A stretch of 64,000 nt of DNA from Eledone cirrhosa (GCA_964016885.1 OZ024740.1:167958001-168022000), one strand, 5' to 3'. Shown: positions 13,587 through 27,641, counted from the stretch's first letter. The notes: a model not told the origin generated them from the sequence alone. Translations and numbers: made by a program.

Positions 13587-16500
13587 TCAACCTACATGCT
13601 GATATAGAGAAAACCCATTCACTCGGGCCATTCTCGCCACTTTCACCCACCTTTCATTAAACTTGCTGGGGAACAGGACCTCTCTCTCCATCCTGATTCT
13701 TCTTCCAAAGTGGTATTTGAAAAAACGAATCAGTTGCTCGCCGGAGAGAAAGGTGTCTGACCTCAGCCCTTTTAACCTCGTCCACCATATAACCTCTTTC
13801 ACCATAGCCATAACACATAGGAAAACCACCTCTCCCTCGTTTTTGAAGGGGGGTGGCGGTTTGATCATGACAATGGACTCGGTGGTCAACTGGATTGGTC
13901 CCACCCGCGACAATAGTTGTTCTACATAGCCCCACAGGTCGGTAACGCCCGGGCAGTGTACAAATACGTGCGCGACGGTTTCCTCGTCGCGCACGCATCT
14001 CGGACAGATCTTTTTCGAAGGGTCCCTACCCGAGCGCCCGTGTCTGTAGAGCTTGTCTCGAACTGGTAGAGCTCCTCGGTAGCAATGCCAGGCCAGGGAC
14101 TTTTGGAAGTTGTCCATTGGTCCCGGGCGGAAGGTCCTACCGAACAGACTGGCTAGTTCGTCCTCCTCTTCGCTAGAGTTTCTCCGAGCGTGTCGTCGCA
14201 CTTGCTGCGGACCAACCCTCTATAGAATGTCGAAGTGGAGTCTCCACTGATCGCCGGGTCCCTTTGCCAGAGGACTGTGAACGCCTGAGCACATTCGATG
14301 TGCCAGTCGCCCATTTTCCTCGCTCTTTGCTTGACCCAGGACTGCAGCTCAGTCAGCGAGACGAGTCGTGGGAAGGCTCAGCTCACGACGGGGCCCACAC
14401 CGGTTGTCTGGTGAGTAATACGTGGAGGTGCCGCAGCCTAAGCGCGTGTTTGCGCATCGTCAGCCACGGCCTCCCCAGCCCTCCGTTTGAGGGGTGTTGG
14501 CAGCAGATGGATCTTCTCACCAAAGGAGCCCGTGTCTTCCAAAGGAATTGGAAGAGCGCGCGCTCCATTTTGGTGAGCGTTTTGGCTGGAGAAGGCACGA
14601 CGGTCAAGCGGTAGTAGATGACGGACGCTATAAAAGTGTTCGCCACCTCCACTCGACCTTTCAAGGAAAGTTTGCACTCGGCATATTTCTGGGTGAGCGC
14701 AAATACCTTGGCCGTCACCTCGTTCCAGTTCTTCTCCACCTGGAGTTCCGGACCAAACTAGACCCCGAGTAGCTTTACCGGTCCTTCCGTCCAGCGTCCG
14801 ACGACGCCATCGGAAGGCATCGGTTTGCCTTTCCACTTTCCGAGTTGCAAAACGACGGATTTGTCCCGGTTCAGCTTCGCTTCTGTAAACCTTTCGTATT
14901 CCTACAGTAAGGTGCCGACCTCCCCGATTTGCAGGGTGTTCCACAACATTACTGCCACCTCGTCGGCGTAGGCGACTCCGCTTTTCGCAGTCGCGGTTCC
15001 AAAGGGATGCCCTGCAATAGCTCCAACTTCCGCAGTAGTGGCTCGAGAGTCAGTACATACAGAAGGGAGGAGAGAGGGCATTCCTGTCGGATGGATCGCG
15101 TGATATGGAACGGCTCCGAGAGATAGCCGTTCACCTTGACCCTTGAGCAGATGTTGCTACTGTGCATTGCAGCAATCCAGCCCCTGAACACGGGTCCGAA
15201 GCCTGCCGCCTCGAGCACCGCATCCAGGTAACGATGGTCAACCCTATCGAAAGCCTTAGACTGATCCAACTTGATCAGGGCCCCACTGAAGCCGGGTCTA
15301 CACGCTACCCTCTCTATGATGTATCGCATGAGGTGGAGGTTGTCGTGGATGGACCTGGTCGGGAATGCGCATGTCTGCGCTTCTCCCACCAGGTTTTCGG
15401 CGACAAGCGCCAGCCTCTTTGCCAACACCTTGGCCAAAATTTGTAACTCTGTATCGAGCAGAGTTATGGGCCGGAAGTTGCCTATGTTATCCCGCTTATT
15501 CTGGTCCTTCCTGACTAACGTGACTACGCCCTTGGTCACAGAACTGGGAATTCTCCTGTTCTGCTGCCAGTTGCAGTAGACCGCTTCCAGGAGACCGGAG
15601 AACAAGTCCGGCATTGCTACGTAAAATTCGTAGGGTAGACCGTCGAGACCTGGACATTTGAGTTTGCCGCATTGGCCCAGCGTGTCGCCTATCTCAGCGG
15701 CCGAAATCGGCCTTTCGCAGAACTTCACCTCGCTGTCCGAGAGTCGCGGTAGGCCGTCGAGGTATGGACCGAAATCCATAGCCCTTCCCGGCGCGCCGCC
15801 CTGCACGAACAGTTGTGCAAAGTGCCGCTGAAAGGCCGCGCACATGGACCAAGACGGACGCGTGATACTTCGTATCACGCGTGCGTCTTGGTCCTTCAAA
15901 GACCGAATCGTGGACTTGTCAAGGTTTTGTCAAGGTTTTGTCAAGGTTGACCATGCAGGTCACTAATTTGTGATCTGAATAGGCAACCATGAACATATAT
16001 GGACAACTTAACATGTCCCTATCCTTCTTTCTAACTAGAACCCTATCTAGGTACGATCTAGATTTTCCGCTGATTATTAGTCCACGTCCACAGTGGCACA
16101 GTCGGAAAATCTAGTCGATATCTATCGGCCAGGGGAAATCGGCCGATTAACTGTTTGAGGCTGTTACACTACCTCTATCGGGACATACTCCCACATAGTC
16201 TCAACGTGCATCTAGGATTCCATTCCAGTCCCCCACTAACAGCAGGGAGCGGGACGTTCCCAGAAAAATCTCTAGACGTTTGAAGAAGTCTGGCCGCGGT
16301 GTCCCGGATGGGGCATATGTGGCCACCAGCCTGAAGGCTCCACCTTCACTACCGTCAACGTCTAGAACCACCAGTCGACCCCCCGGATCCAGATGTACCG
16401 TCTGTGTTACGAGGTCCAGGTGTTTCCGCAGCAAAACGGCAACCCCACCCCCACCTCCCGGCTGACAGAGAGATGCGTAGATCTCAAAGTCGTCGAAGAT

Positions 16501-16650
16501 GGGGGCCAGTTGTCGGTCGCTGTGGATCCTGGACTCGCAAATTGCTACCACATCCATACTGTGCGACCTGTGGTCGTTTAAGAGTTTGCCCTGTTTCCAG
16601 GGCATCTCCAGGCCGCGTACATTCATACATCCAACTCTTATATTGGCCAT
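13587..16650 (-). pseudogene. ORF2 (APE endonuclease - reverse transcriptase - zf-RVT), frameshifted, with stops and an internal deletion
   Basis: NVRGL, ICESR, YAPS, GDWN, SYLDRVLV, SDHKLV (APE). PGLDGLPYEFY, FRPITLL, LDQSKAFDRVDH, RQECPLS, YADE (RT; YADD mutated). CPRC..ETVAHVFVHC (zinc finger). Confidence 0.93.
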
Positions 16651-18796
16651 GTTGGTGCTGAAAAGTTAAAAGAAGAGGAAAAGAAATCACTCACCTCTTC
16701 GTCTCCCGGGGACCAGGCTGCACAATGTCCATGGGGGTATTGGAGTGGTTGTTTGGTAGGGTGGTGGTTCCTGGCGGGGTGGGGACGGAGATGTTTGGTG
16801 GGGGGGGGGGGGTCTGGTAGGATGGGGGTGGCGAAACGTTTCAAGAGGACGCGGTTCGTTGGTTTAACATACATATTCCCCACCTCCTCAGCAAAGTTTT
16901 CCTTTAAGGACTTATAGGTGTCCGTAGGGACCTTAATCATCCTTAAATTGGGTTTGTCTTTACATTTGGTAACATATTTTCCTTCGGTTTCCACGGAAGG
17001 GTTTTTGGAGATGACCTCCAACAAGGTTTTATTGTCAGTGTTTATGTATGTATAATATTTTTGTTGTGTTGTGTTAGCTTTTGTCTGTTGATCTTGTGTG
17101 TGTTTTCGTTTTATTGTGGGTATTTGTGTTTGGAGTGTTGTCATTGTTTTGTTTTCGGGAGGGGGGATTTTTGTTTGTAATATTTGAGTTGTTTGTGTTG
17201 GTGGTTGTGTGTTTGTTGCCTTTTTGTTCATGTTATGTCTTTTTTGCTTTTTTTTTTTGAGCGGAGAGGTTCTCCCTCATCATCACTGAGTGATGACAAG
17301 GGGGCTTCGTCCGTTGTGGTGTCTGTTTGATTGGGGAGGGGTATGTTTTGGGGAGCTGTTGTGCTTGTGGGTGTTTTGGGTGTTGTTTTAGGTGGGGAGG
17401 GTTGGGTGGAACTGTGTTTGCAGTTTGGTTTGTTTTTGTGTGTCGTTGTTGTTGTGGTAGTGTTGTTGTGTTGGGTGTCGGCAGTAGTGCCTTTTTTAAT
17501 GCAGTTAATTGAGGACAGGAAGCCCTCAGGTGACCACTGCTTAAACAGTGGTAACATGAAGGCCGCCTACCCTCAACAGAAATGTTTATGTAGGAATTTC
17601 CATCCAGAGGCACACGTTGTGGTATTCTAGCTATCCGTTCTGGCCTCATTTGGACCAGAACTTCTAAGCTTGTACCATTGAATATGCCCTGGAGGACTTT
17701 CCTACCGAAATTACTGTATCTTCATCAAAATTGATGAAACCAGTTAATATCCACCAGATGTTTACATTTGGTGTGATATTTGTTACTTTTATTTTTGGGG
17801 TCCTTTTTCCCATATATATGGGGAAAAGGTGTAGAGGGGGGACACAATTGGCGACACAGAATATTTCTGTGCCGTCAATTGGTCTTTCATTATTATTGAT
17901 GTGGATTGGCAGTATCGGTCGAGAGTCGAACACCATGCTTTGAAGCATAGAGTTACGTCCCTTTATGATCAAGGTTCAAATCCCGCCGAGGTTAAATTTG
18001 CCTTTCATCCTTACGGGGTCGATAAAATAAAGTATCAGTAATGTACTGGGTAATTGCTGGCCTTGTGCGCAAAAATAGAAACAATTATTATTGATAAACT
18101 CCCGAAGAGTTTTCCCTTCTGTATGAAGGTAATGTCCTTCATGGAGTTTCTTAGAACCAGCTCAATTTCGTTTTGAGTTAATTGAGCTGGTTTTCTGGTG
18201 GTATTTGAGATTGTCCTAAAAACTATGTACAGTGTCTCTACGCAATTCTTGGGGAGAAGTGATGCTAAAAGCGCCATTCTCCCCAAAAGTTATGTATTGC
18301 TTGGCTTCTCTTAGCAATTCTCCGGCATTAGACATGTCGATCTGTGTATATAGTTCTGTCTTTTGGACAGTTTGTGCAAACGAAACCATTTTTCCTTGTT
18401 TGTGGGGTTGTTCTTGTTGGTGTTGTTGTCATTATTGTTGCTGCTGTTGGTGTTGTTGTCATCATTGTTGCTGTTGTTGTTGTTGTTGTCATTGTTGTCG
18501 TTGTTGTTGTTGTTGTTTTTGTAGTTCTCAATTGTTTGATCTGTGGTTGCGGAATTCATTTGTGAAGTTGTGTTTTCGTTCATAGCGTTGTTGCTGTTGT
18601 TGGTGCTGGTGCCGCTGGTTGTGTTGTTTTGGTTTGTTGCCATGGCAACGTCAAGTTGTCGGTCAGCAGGTGGAGAAAATCCATCCTCTGGCTGACCTTT
18701 GTCTTTGACATCTGCTACTATGACAGTGGCAGGGGGAAGCTGTAAGCATATCTTCCCCTTTCCTCCTTCGAATGTTGGTGAAGAAGCTTCAGACAT
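16638..18796 (-). pseudogene. ORF1 (gag-like: Asn-rich N-terminus, CCHC knuckle, Thr/Pro-rich C-terminus), frameshifted and interrupted by a SINE
   Basis: VEGRRPSCYHCLSSGHLRASCP knuckle; lies directly upstream of the ORF2 ATG. Confidence 0.8.
17901..18083 (+). mobile_element. tRNA-derived SINE inserted in Tx1 ORF1
   Basis: TSD ATTATTATTGAT at 17889-17900 and 18084-18095. Confidence 0.93.
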
Positions 18797-19023
18797 TCCT
18801 TTTTTAATGTTAGCTGTTCCAAAAAAAATGTTTATGTACTATTTCGCCTAAAGGCGTAGAATATTTTGAGAGACTGACCAGATCAAAATTTGACCTAGCA
18901 GTCCCTCTACAAATTGGTATAAAAATGAAGGTTCACAGTTAGGAATTGCTATAGAAATTTAGGCAGAACTTACCCCGCAAGTTTCACGCGTGTGTCCATC
19001 CCAGATAGATATATAGATAGATA

Positions 19024-20008
19024 ACTTTCTTTTTATTTGCCACCAGCGCATCAAAGAGTGGGACAAATACAATGGGAGGGGGGTATATAAAAAGGCGTCT
19101 TCAATAAGGAGGAGGCAATAACAAGATATAAAAAATAATATGTAAAATATAACAAAAATAAATTTAATAACAAAATCCTCAATAGGGAGGAGGCGCCTTG
19201 GGGTGTCGCACCCCCCCCCCCCCCCCGAAAAAAGTGTGCAACCCTTCGCCTCAGGAGCACAGAGAGGGGGTGCTCCCTTGATCGTTCATCTTCCTCACCT
19301 ATAGTCTGATGTAGAGTGAAGGCCCATTCACACGGGCCATTCTCGCCACTTTCACCCATCTTTCATAAAACGGCTGGGGTGCAGCACCTCTCTCTCCATC
19401 CTGATCCTTCTTCCTAAATGATATCGGAAGAAACGGACCAGTTGTTGGCCAGAGAGAAAGGTGTCTGACCTCAGTTCTTTCAGACGCGTCCACCATACAA
19501 CCTCTTTCGCCATGGCTATTACGCACAGTTTTTGAAGAGGGGAGGCGGCTTGATCGTTACAATAGACTCGGTGGTCAACCGGATCGGTCCCACCCTTGAC
19601 AGCAGTTGTTCGACATAGCCCCACAGATCGGCAATGCCCGAGCAGTGTACCAATGCGTGTGCAACGGTTTCCTCGTCGCACACGCATCTGGGACAGATCT
19701 TTTTCGAGAGGTCCCTACCCGGGCGCCCGTGTCTGTAGAGCCTTTCTCGAACGGGCACTGCCAGGCCTCGGTAGCACTGCCAGGCCAGGGACCTCTGGAA
19801 GTTATCCATGGGTCCCGGGCTGAATGTTCTACCGAACAGGTTGGCCAGTTCGTCTTCCTCCATGCCTAGGGCTTCTCCGAGGGCGTCGTCGCACCTGCTA
19901 ACCACCATCCCTCTATAGAATGACGTGGTTGATTCTCCACTGACAGCCGGGTCCGCCTGCCAGAGAGCCGTGAGCGCCTGGGCACACTCGGTGTGCCAGG
20001 CGCCCAGT
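19024..20008 (-). mobile_element. 5'-truncated Tx1/L1-clade copy 2
   Basis: zf-RVT region plus 3' UTR, very similar to copy 3. GATA repeats on both sides. Confidence 0.93.
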
Positions 20009-20099
<91 letters not shown>

Positions 20100-20100
20100 T
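20009..20100. repeat. (GATA)n microsatellite between Tx1 copies 2 and 3
   Basis: Perfect tetranucleotide array. Confidence 0.98.
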
Positions 20101-21380
20101 GTTTCTTTTATTTGCCACTAGGGCATCAAAAGTGGGACAATACAAAGGGGGGAGTTTACACAAAAAGGCGTCCTCAATAAGGAGGAGGCAATAACAAAAT
20201 ATAAAAATAAAATAAGATATAACAAAAAATAAAATTTATAACAAAATCCTCAATAGAGAGGAGGCGCCTTGGGGGGTCGCACACACCCCCGAAAAAAGTG
20301 TGCAACCCTTCTCCTCAGGAGCACAGAGAAGGGGTGCTCCCTTGGTCTTTCATCTTCCTCACCTATAGTCTGATGTAGAGTGAAGGCCAATTCACACGGG
20401 CCATTCTCGCCAGTTTCACCCATCTTTCATAGAAACGGCTGGGGTGCAGCACCTCTCTCTCCATCCTGATCCTTCTTCCGAAATGATATCGGAAGAAACG
20501 GACCAGTTGTTGGCCAGAGAGAAAGGTGCCTGACCTCAGTCCTTTCAGACGCGTCCACCATACAACCTCTTTCGCCATGGCTATTACGCACAGAAACACC
20601 GCCTCTGCTTCATCTTTGAAGGGGGGAGGCGGCTTGATCATTACAATAGACTCGGTGGTCAACCGGATCGGTCCCACCCTTGACAGCAGTTGTTCGACAT
20701 AGCCCCACAGATCGGCTACGCCCGAGCAGTGTACCAATGCGTGTGCAACGGTTTCCTCGTCGCACACGCATCTGGGACAGATCTTTTTGGCGGGGTCCCT
20801 GCCCGGGCGCCCGTGTCTGTAGAGCCTTTCTCGAACGGGTAAAGCTCCTCGGTAGCACTGCCAGGCCAGGGACTTCTGGAAGCTGTCCATAGGTCCCGGG
20901 CTGAATGTCCTACCGAATAGGCCGGCCAGTTCGTCCTCCTCCATGTCTAGGGCTTCTCCGAGGGCGTCGTCGCACCTGCTGCGTACCAGCCCTCTATAGA
21001 ATGTTGCGGTGGAGTCTCCACTGATAACCGGATCCGCCTGCCAGAGGGCGGTGAGCGCCTGGGCACACTCAGTGTGCCAGGCGCCCAGTTTTCTCGGTCT
21101 TTGCTTGACCCAGGATTGCAGCTCGGTGAGTGAGACGAGTCTGGGAAAGGTTCGTCTCACAAACGAGGCCCACACCGGTTGTCCGGTGAGGAATACGTAG
21201 AGGTGCCGTAGCCTTAATACGTGTTTACGCATCATTAGCCACGGCATCCCCAGCTCTCCTTTCGAAGGGTGTTGACAGCAGATGGATCTCCTCACCATAG
21301 GAGCCCGCCTCTTCCAAAGGAATTGGAAGAGCGCGCGCTCCATCTTGGTAAGGGTTTCCCTTGGGCAGGGCACTACGGTC
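20101..21380 (-). mobile_element. 5'-truncated Tx1/L1-clade copy 3 with an uninterrupted ORF2 C-terminal frame (20363-21373)
   Basis: 336-aa open frame homologous to copy 1 (ERALFQFLWK..., CPRCVCDEETVAHALVHC). Confidence 0.95.

Positions 21381-21452
<72 letters not shown>
21381..21452. repeat. (GATA)n microsatellite at the 5' junction of copy 3
   Basis: Perfect array abutting the truncation point. Confidence 0.98.
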
Positions 21453-21454
<2 letters not shown>

Positions 21455-21612
21455 ATTAATTAATTAGTAAGTCTGAAAAAGGATATAAGAGCGAAAATAT
21501 ATAGAAGAAAAGGGAAGAGAAAACAGGTGGGATAAAGAAATGAAAGAAAATGGAAGAGAGAAACCAACCAACCAACAAAATAAAAAGGAAATGTAAAAAG
21601 GGAAAGAAACAG

Positions 21613-21667
<55 letters not shown>

Positions 21668-21669
21668 AA

Positions 21670-21738
<69 letters not shown>

Positions 21739-22487
21739 GAACGAAGGATGAACGAAAGAAGGAATCAACAGTTAAAAAAAAAGGGAAAAGAAAATTGAAA
21801 TAAAGAAAGAAGTATAAGTAGGAACACAAGGTGATAGGACTAAGGAAAAAGATTAAACAAATAAGTTGGTAACAAGAGAGAGGAAAGGGTGGCAGTAGAG
21901 AGGATAAGAGATATGAGGTTAAATTTACAAGGAACGAATGCTGGGGAAAGATAGTGAAAGAGTGAGAGTAACATTGAGATAGAGACTGTAAAAGGGTGGA
22001 GATAGAGGGAGGGAGAGTGTGAGCGAACAAGCAAGAGTAACAGATAGCCAGTGAGGGCGAGAGAGTAACAGCTAGCCTGCGATAGAGAGAGAAGGAGAGA
22101 GAGAGGGAGCAAGAGAGAGATATAGCTAGAGAGAAAGAGAGAAAGATAAATGAATTTATTTATAGGAGGCATTCTCCTATACTTGGTCGAACTTTATGGT
22201 CGGTTTTGGTCAGTGTCTGAAATCGAATATGTCAGGAACGGTGAAAGAATGGAAACAGCTGTCATTGTTCAAGAGTAAACTGACCTTTGCAGAGTTGACC
22301 TCCACTAAATTCCTCCCATTTGTTTATTGCCACCACAACCGCTACTACTAAAACCACCACCACCACAACTATTCCCACCATCATCTTTTCAGTATAGAAC
22401 AGCCATTGAACATACCATCCTTTCAGTTTCTTTCACCCAACTGCATCGTACCGTACATATGCTCTGCTTATATACATTACATATTAT

Positions 22488-22690
22488 CAGTGACGGACTG
22501 GGTCTAAAAATATTAGTTGTCAGGAGATGAAGGGGCCCACCTACATATAGAATGCTATCATTTATTTTTTATAATGCATAAATAACATTTTCGAAAAATA
22601 CATTAGTGGAAACAAAACTGCAATCAAATTTTTGCGGAAAAATATCTTACCTTCTCCAATAAAAAATATTATGTATTTTGCGAAATCCAG
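22488..22690 (+). mobile_element. DNA-transposon-like end fragment (hAT-type CAGTG start); second copy at 24965-25165
   Basis: Copies start CAGTGACGGACTGG and CAGTGGTGGACTAG and share about 200 bp of direct similarity. Confidence 0.5.
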
Positions 22691-22703
22691 AGACTTTCAA
22701 TAA

Positions 22704-22882
22704 TTGTTTCTACTTTTGGCACAAGGCCAGCAATTATCCCAGTGTATTACTGGTACTTTATTTTATCGACCCCGTAAAGGATGGAAGGCAAAGTTAACCT
22801 CGGTGGGAGTTGAACTCAGACCATAAAGGGCCGGAACTCTGTGCTGCAAAGCATGGCGTCCGACCCTCTACCGATACTGCCA
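22704..22882 (-). mobile_element. tRNA-derived SINE
   Basis: Matches the family consensus. Confidence 0.92.
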
Positions 22883-23042
22883 CATTAATGACCAGAAGTC
22901 AACCCTAAATATTACTAATAGCTCTAGGAAAGCCATGAATGACACCACATCTTTTTAACTTTGATAGTAGGTTTATAATTAGCAATTTTCATTATACTGT
23001 TGTAGCTGTCCTGGTGGCCTAACTGGTGGAGTCATAGACGAT

Positions 23043-23660
<618 letters not shown>

Positions 23661-23661
23661 A

Positions 23662-24223
23662 GTAGAGGACCACAGTCTTTCCAACATCTGAGAACCATCA
23701 ATGGCCATCAATGTTCCATTTACCGTTTGGCTTGCCAGATGCGTGGTATGTTACACGATGACAGCCATTGGCACCTCACCCTGCAAGAAGCAGCAACTGC
23801 TAAAGTCCCTTCTCGGCTGCGAAAACTGTTTGCTATTATGCTGCACAACTGCGAGCTTGCCGACCCTCTCGCAATGTGGAACAACCACCGCGAAAGTCTA
23901 GCTGAGGACATCCTCCACCGCACACGCAGACACAATCCGAACGTAACATATGATGTCGTTTTCAATGAGGCTCTCATTTGTTTTGAAAACATGGAGATTG
24001 GTGGTAGGCCTCTAAGTCACTACAGCTTACCTGCTTCTGACAGGAGTATCCAGAGGTCAACGTCTACAGAGCTTCTCCGCGAGACGAGCTACGAGATCAG
24101 TGATTCTACCATGGTCAATTGTATGTAGGATGCTCTAGGGTGAGCTAGCCAAACAAACTCTTCATCTTTGCTCCGGTGGACCGAACAAAAAATATTGTAT
24201 ACTCTGTGGCTCTAACAATGTAA
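23662..24223 (+). pseudogene. Helitron RepHel relic with a large internal deletion
   Basis: RGPQSFQHLRTING...ACQMRGMLHDDSHWHLTLQEA...LRKLFAIML..C....PLAMW...LAEDI (Rep-helicase linker) is joined to FYHGQLYVGCSRVS*...TKNIVY (PIF1 helicase C-terminus). Confidence 0.88.
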
Positions 24224-24784
24224 TTTAAATAATTTCTGTTACTTAGAATTTCCATTATGGTTGTACAAATTATTGTTTGTTAAAAAATGTGTCCTCTGTT
24301 CAGCCTTTATTGTTGTAACTATCAATTTTCTTTAACGTACTGGCTGCTGAACTGGGGAATCCTAAAATCTATTCAAACCCAACAGTGGTGATCCTTGTCT
24401 GAAGTTCTATCCTTTTCAGTTTTTTTCTATTGGTTGTAAAATAAAAAGGTTACATGTATTTCTTGACCAGCATTGAACCCAAGGACAGGACCACCACCGT
24501 CTCTAGTAACTACCGCTAGGCCACAAAGACGACTACGAAACTTTTATGAAAATTCATAATTATAAACCTACTTTCAAAATTTTCAAAACAAAATGTTGCG
24601 GTGTCATTCATGTCTTTCTTAATTTGATTGCTCTTACTTAAGGTTGACTTCTAAATCATTTCGGTGTTCCTTAAACTACATCCTCGTTTTGTTTCTCATC
24701 TAGATTACATTTTAACCTGTATTCCATGTTTCATTACTGTTCCACCTCATCCTCCCCTTCTCTCTCTCTCTCTCTCTCTCTTGC

Positions 24785-24818
<34 letters not shown>

Positions 24819-25442
24819 ACTTTCTCTCTCCCTCCCTCTCTTTCTTTCTGTGATATTTGAATCTACTGTGATTTGGGCTTACCTTATTCCTATATATATG
24901 TTTTTGTATGCCAGTTAGATTCAAACTTACAATGATTAACATTATGTGTATATATATATATACACAGTGGTGGACTAGTTGTAAAAATATTGGTTGCGAG
25001 ATAAAGGGGTCCCACCAACATATAGAATACTACCATTTAATTTTTATAATGAATAAATAACATTTTCAAAAAGTACATAAGTGGAAACAAAAGAGTGCAA
25101 TCAAATTATTGCGGAAAAATATCTTACCTTCTTCAATAAAAGATATTATGTATTTTGCGAAATACTGACCTTTGCTATTTCACACTCACTCAATATATAT
25201 ATATATAATATATATATATATATATTTTTTTTTTCAAACACATTTTTTTAATTGTTTGACCCGAATTACTTGGTCGTTTCTATGGCTGTGCGGATAATAG
25301 TTTAACCATCGTCTCAGTGTGTTTGGCCTTTTAACGTATGCTGTAGCTCTGGTTCGTTAGAATTTATTGAGCGCTTGCCACACATTTCGGAAGTAGTTTT
25401 TCGCTAATTTCCAATAGCCGAAATACGATTCTCGCTAATTTA

Positions 25443-25481
<39 letters not shown>

Positions 25482-25816
25482 AACAACGAACAGCGGAGGA
25501 CACGTTTCGCACCTTTCCGACAGACAACCTTTCCCCCACCCCGGAAAAAAACCCCAGTTGATGGATGTGAATCCGAAATATATAGGGACAATTAAATCTC
25601 TCCCAAGGTAACTCTCTCTCGTGTTGTTATTTTTATTTTTATCCATTACGCTCTTTCCTTCATTCCTCTACTCATCTTATACACCCACTTACATCTCTCT
25701 CTCTCCACCACCGGATCTTGTTACCCGGAGATTTACCCATTTGCATTGTCGAGGCTTCCAAACGACTTAAAGAAATTTACCTTATTATTCCACAATGCTT
25801 CAAGCAAGCTTCAATA

Positions 25817-25934
<118 letters not shown>

Positions 25935-26150
25935 GAAGTTGGAAATAGCACGGAAAATATATTTTAGGGTCTGTTTTTCTTTTTTTCTTTTTTTCTTTTT
26001 TTCTTTTTTTCTTTTTTTCTTTTTTGCTTTTTTGCTTTTTTTCCTTTCTTTGGTTCATGAAAGTGACATTGTTGAAAAATTAAGATTATTGAAAAAATGA
26101 GAGGGACATTTCTTTTAAAAAAGAGTTTTATAATGTATATAAAGTATATA

Positions 26151-26199
26151 AACTCTTACCGGTTTCGATGTATTATTAAAATTCATCTCATCAAATGTT
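26151..26199 (-). ncRNA. Degenerate type I HHR
   Basis: Minus strand: TTGATGA-GATG...CATC-GAAA-CCGG-TA-AGAGTT. C3 is mutated and stem I is imperfect. Confidence 0.55.
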
Positions 26200-26625
26200 G
26201 AGTATTACAATTAAACAGAATTAAAAACTAAAAATTAAATATATAAACTTAAGTGTTGAGGTAAGGTTTTTTTCCATCTTCCTTGCTGAGAAGGGGACTG
26301 GAGAATGAGTTCTTGTGTATAGAGAGCGAGAGGTATGTAGTCATGATAGTAGCAGCAGCAGTGTTGACAGTTGTGTTTCTTCACAAGACAAAATTGTTAT
26401 GTGTGTGGGGAGGGGGGGGGCAAAGGAAATCTTTTTTAAATATGTGTGTATATCTGATTGTGTTAATTGACTGGTCAAGAGTTCAAATGGAGTGACGAGG
26501 GGGGGGGGAATTGTAAGATAGAGATAAATTATATATATATATATAGAGAGAGAGAGAATTTGTCTCTAGCTTACAATTCCCCATCCCCCTCGACACCCCC
26601 ATTTACACACACACACACACACATT

Positions 26626-26669
<44 letters not shown>

Positions 26670-26718
26670 TGTGTGTATAACAGGTATAAGGATGATTGAT
26701 ACGGATAAGCGATATAAT

Positions 26719-26832
26719 TGTTTCTACTTTTGGCACAAGGCCAGTAATTAATCCAGTGCATTACTGGTACTTTATTTTATCGACCCCGTAAGGATGAAAG
26801 GCAAAGTTAACCTCGGCGGGATTTGAACACAG
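26719..26832 (-). mobile_element. 5'-truncated SINE
   Basis: TSD AAGCGATATAAT at 26707-26718 and 26833-26844. Confidence 0.9.
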
Positions 26833-27361
26833 AAGCGATATAATAGTGTTTTATTCCGAGCATTAACATATGTTTCATCGCCTAATAAGCAATTAATTAT
26901 GTCTTGAAATCGTTATCATCAATAGTTGATTGGCTATTGTGAAATTTGATTTTAAATACACAAAACAATGCAGTCACTAGGTGAATTATCAAAACACTGA
27001 TCATGGATTTAGCCTCACATCGGTTTTATACCAAATAACATAAGCAGCAAAGTAAAAAATAAAATAAACTGAAAAAAAAATTATATACTTTTTCTCTCAG
27101 TTAATTTTGATCATTTTATACTCGTGCCAAGCAAGGCAATAAAGCCGCTAAAATGCAAGAGTGTACTGAGAAGGGAAAAGGACAAGACAAGTAGAATATA
27201 ATTCAAGGAGAAGGGTGACAATTGATGTTGCTTTTGAACTTTTGTAAATTGTGGCGGTCATTAAAGCAAGAAGCCGGAAGAGGATTCCATAGGTGATATG
27301 TGCAAGGGAAGAAACTATTATGATAGAATTTGAAATTACATTTGTATATTTATACATTTGT

Positions 27362-27411
<50 letters not shown>

Positions 27412-27591
27412 TATAATACCCGAATTACTTGATCGTTTTTTTGGCTATGCGAATGATTGTTTAACCATCGTCTCAGTGTGTTTGGCCTTTAACGTTTGTT
27501 ATAGCTCTGGTTCATCTGAATCATTGAGCACTTGCGGAGGTTGTTTTTCGTTATTTAGTGGGCCGAAATGCGAATCTCGTTAATTTATGTT

Positions 27592-27641
<50 letters not shown>

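Larger units (their letters stand above)
13352..19002 (-). mobile_element. Near full-length Tx1/L1-clade non-LTR retrotransposon (copy 1), decayed
   Basis: ORF1 with a CCHC knuckle, then ORF2 with APE, RT and a CCHC zinc finger. The 3' end AATAAAGAAACA joins TATC repeats, and GATA repeats sit at both ends. Confidence 0.93.

Noticed and set aside
14264-16661. Plus-strand ORFs overlapping Tx1 ORF2
   Set aside because: These are antisense shadows of GC-richer retroelement coding sequence.
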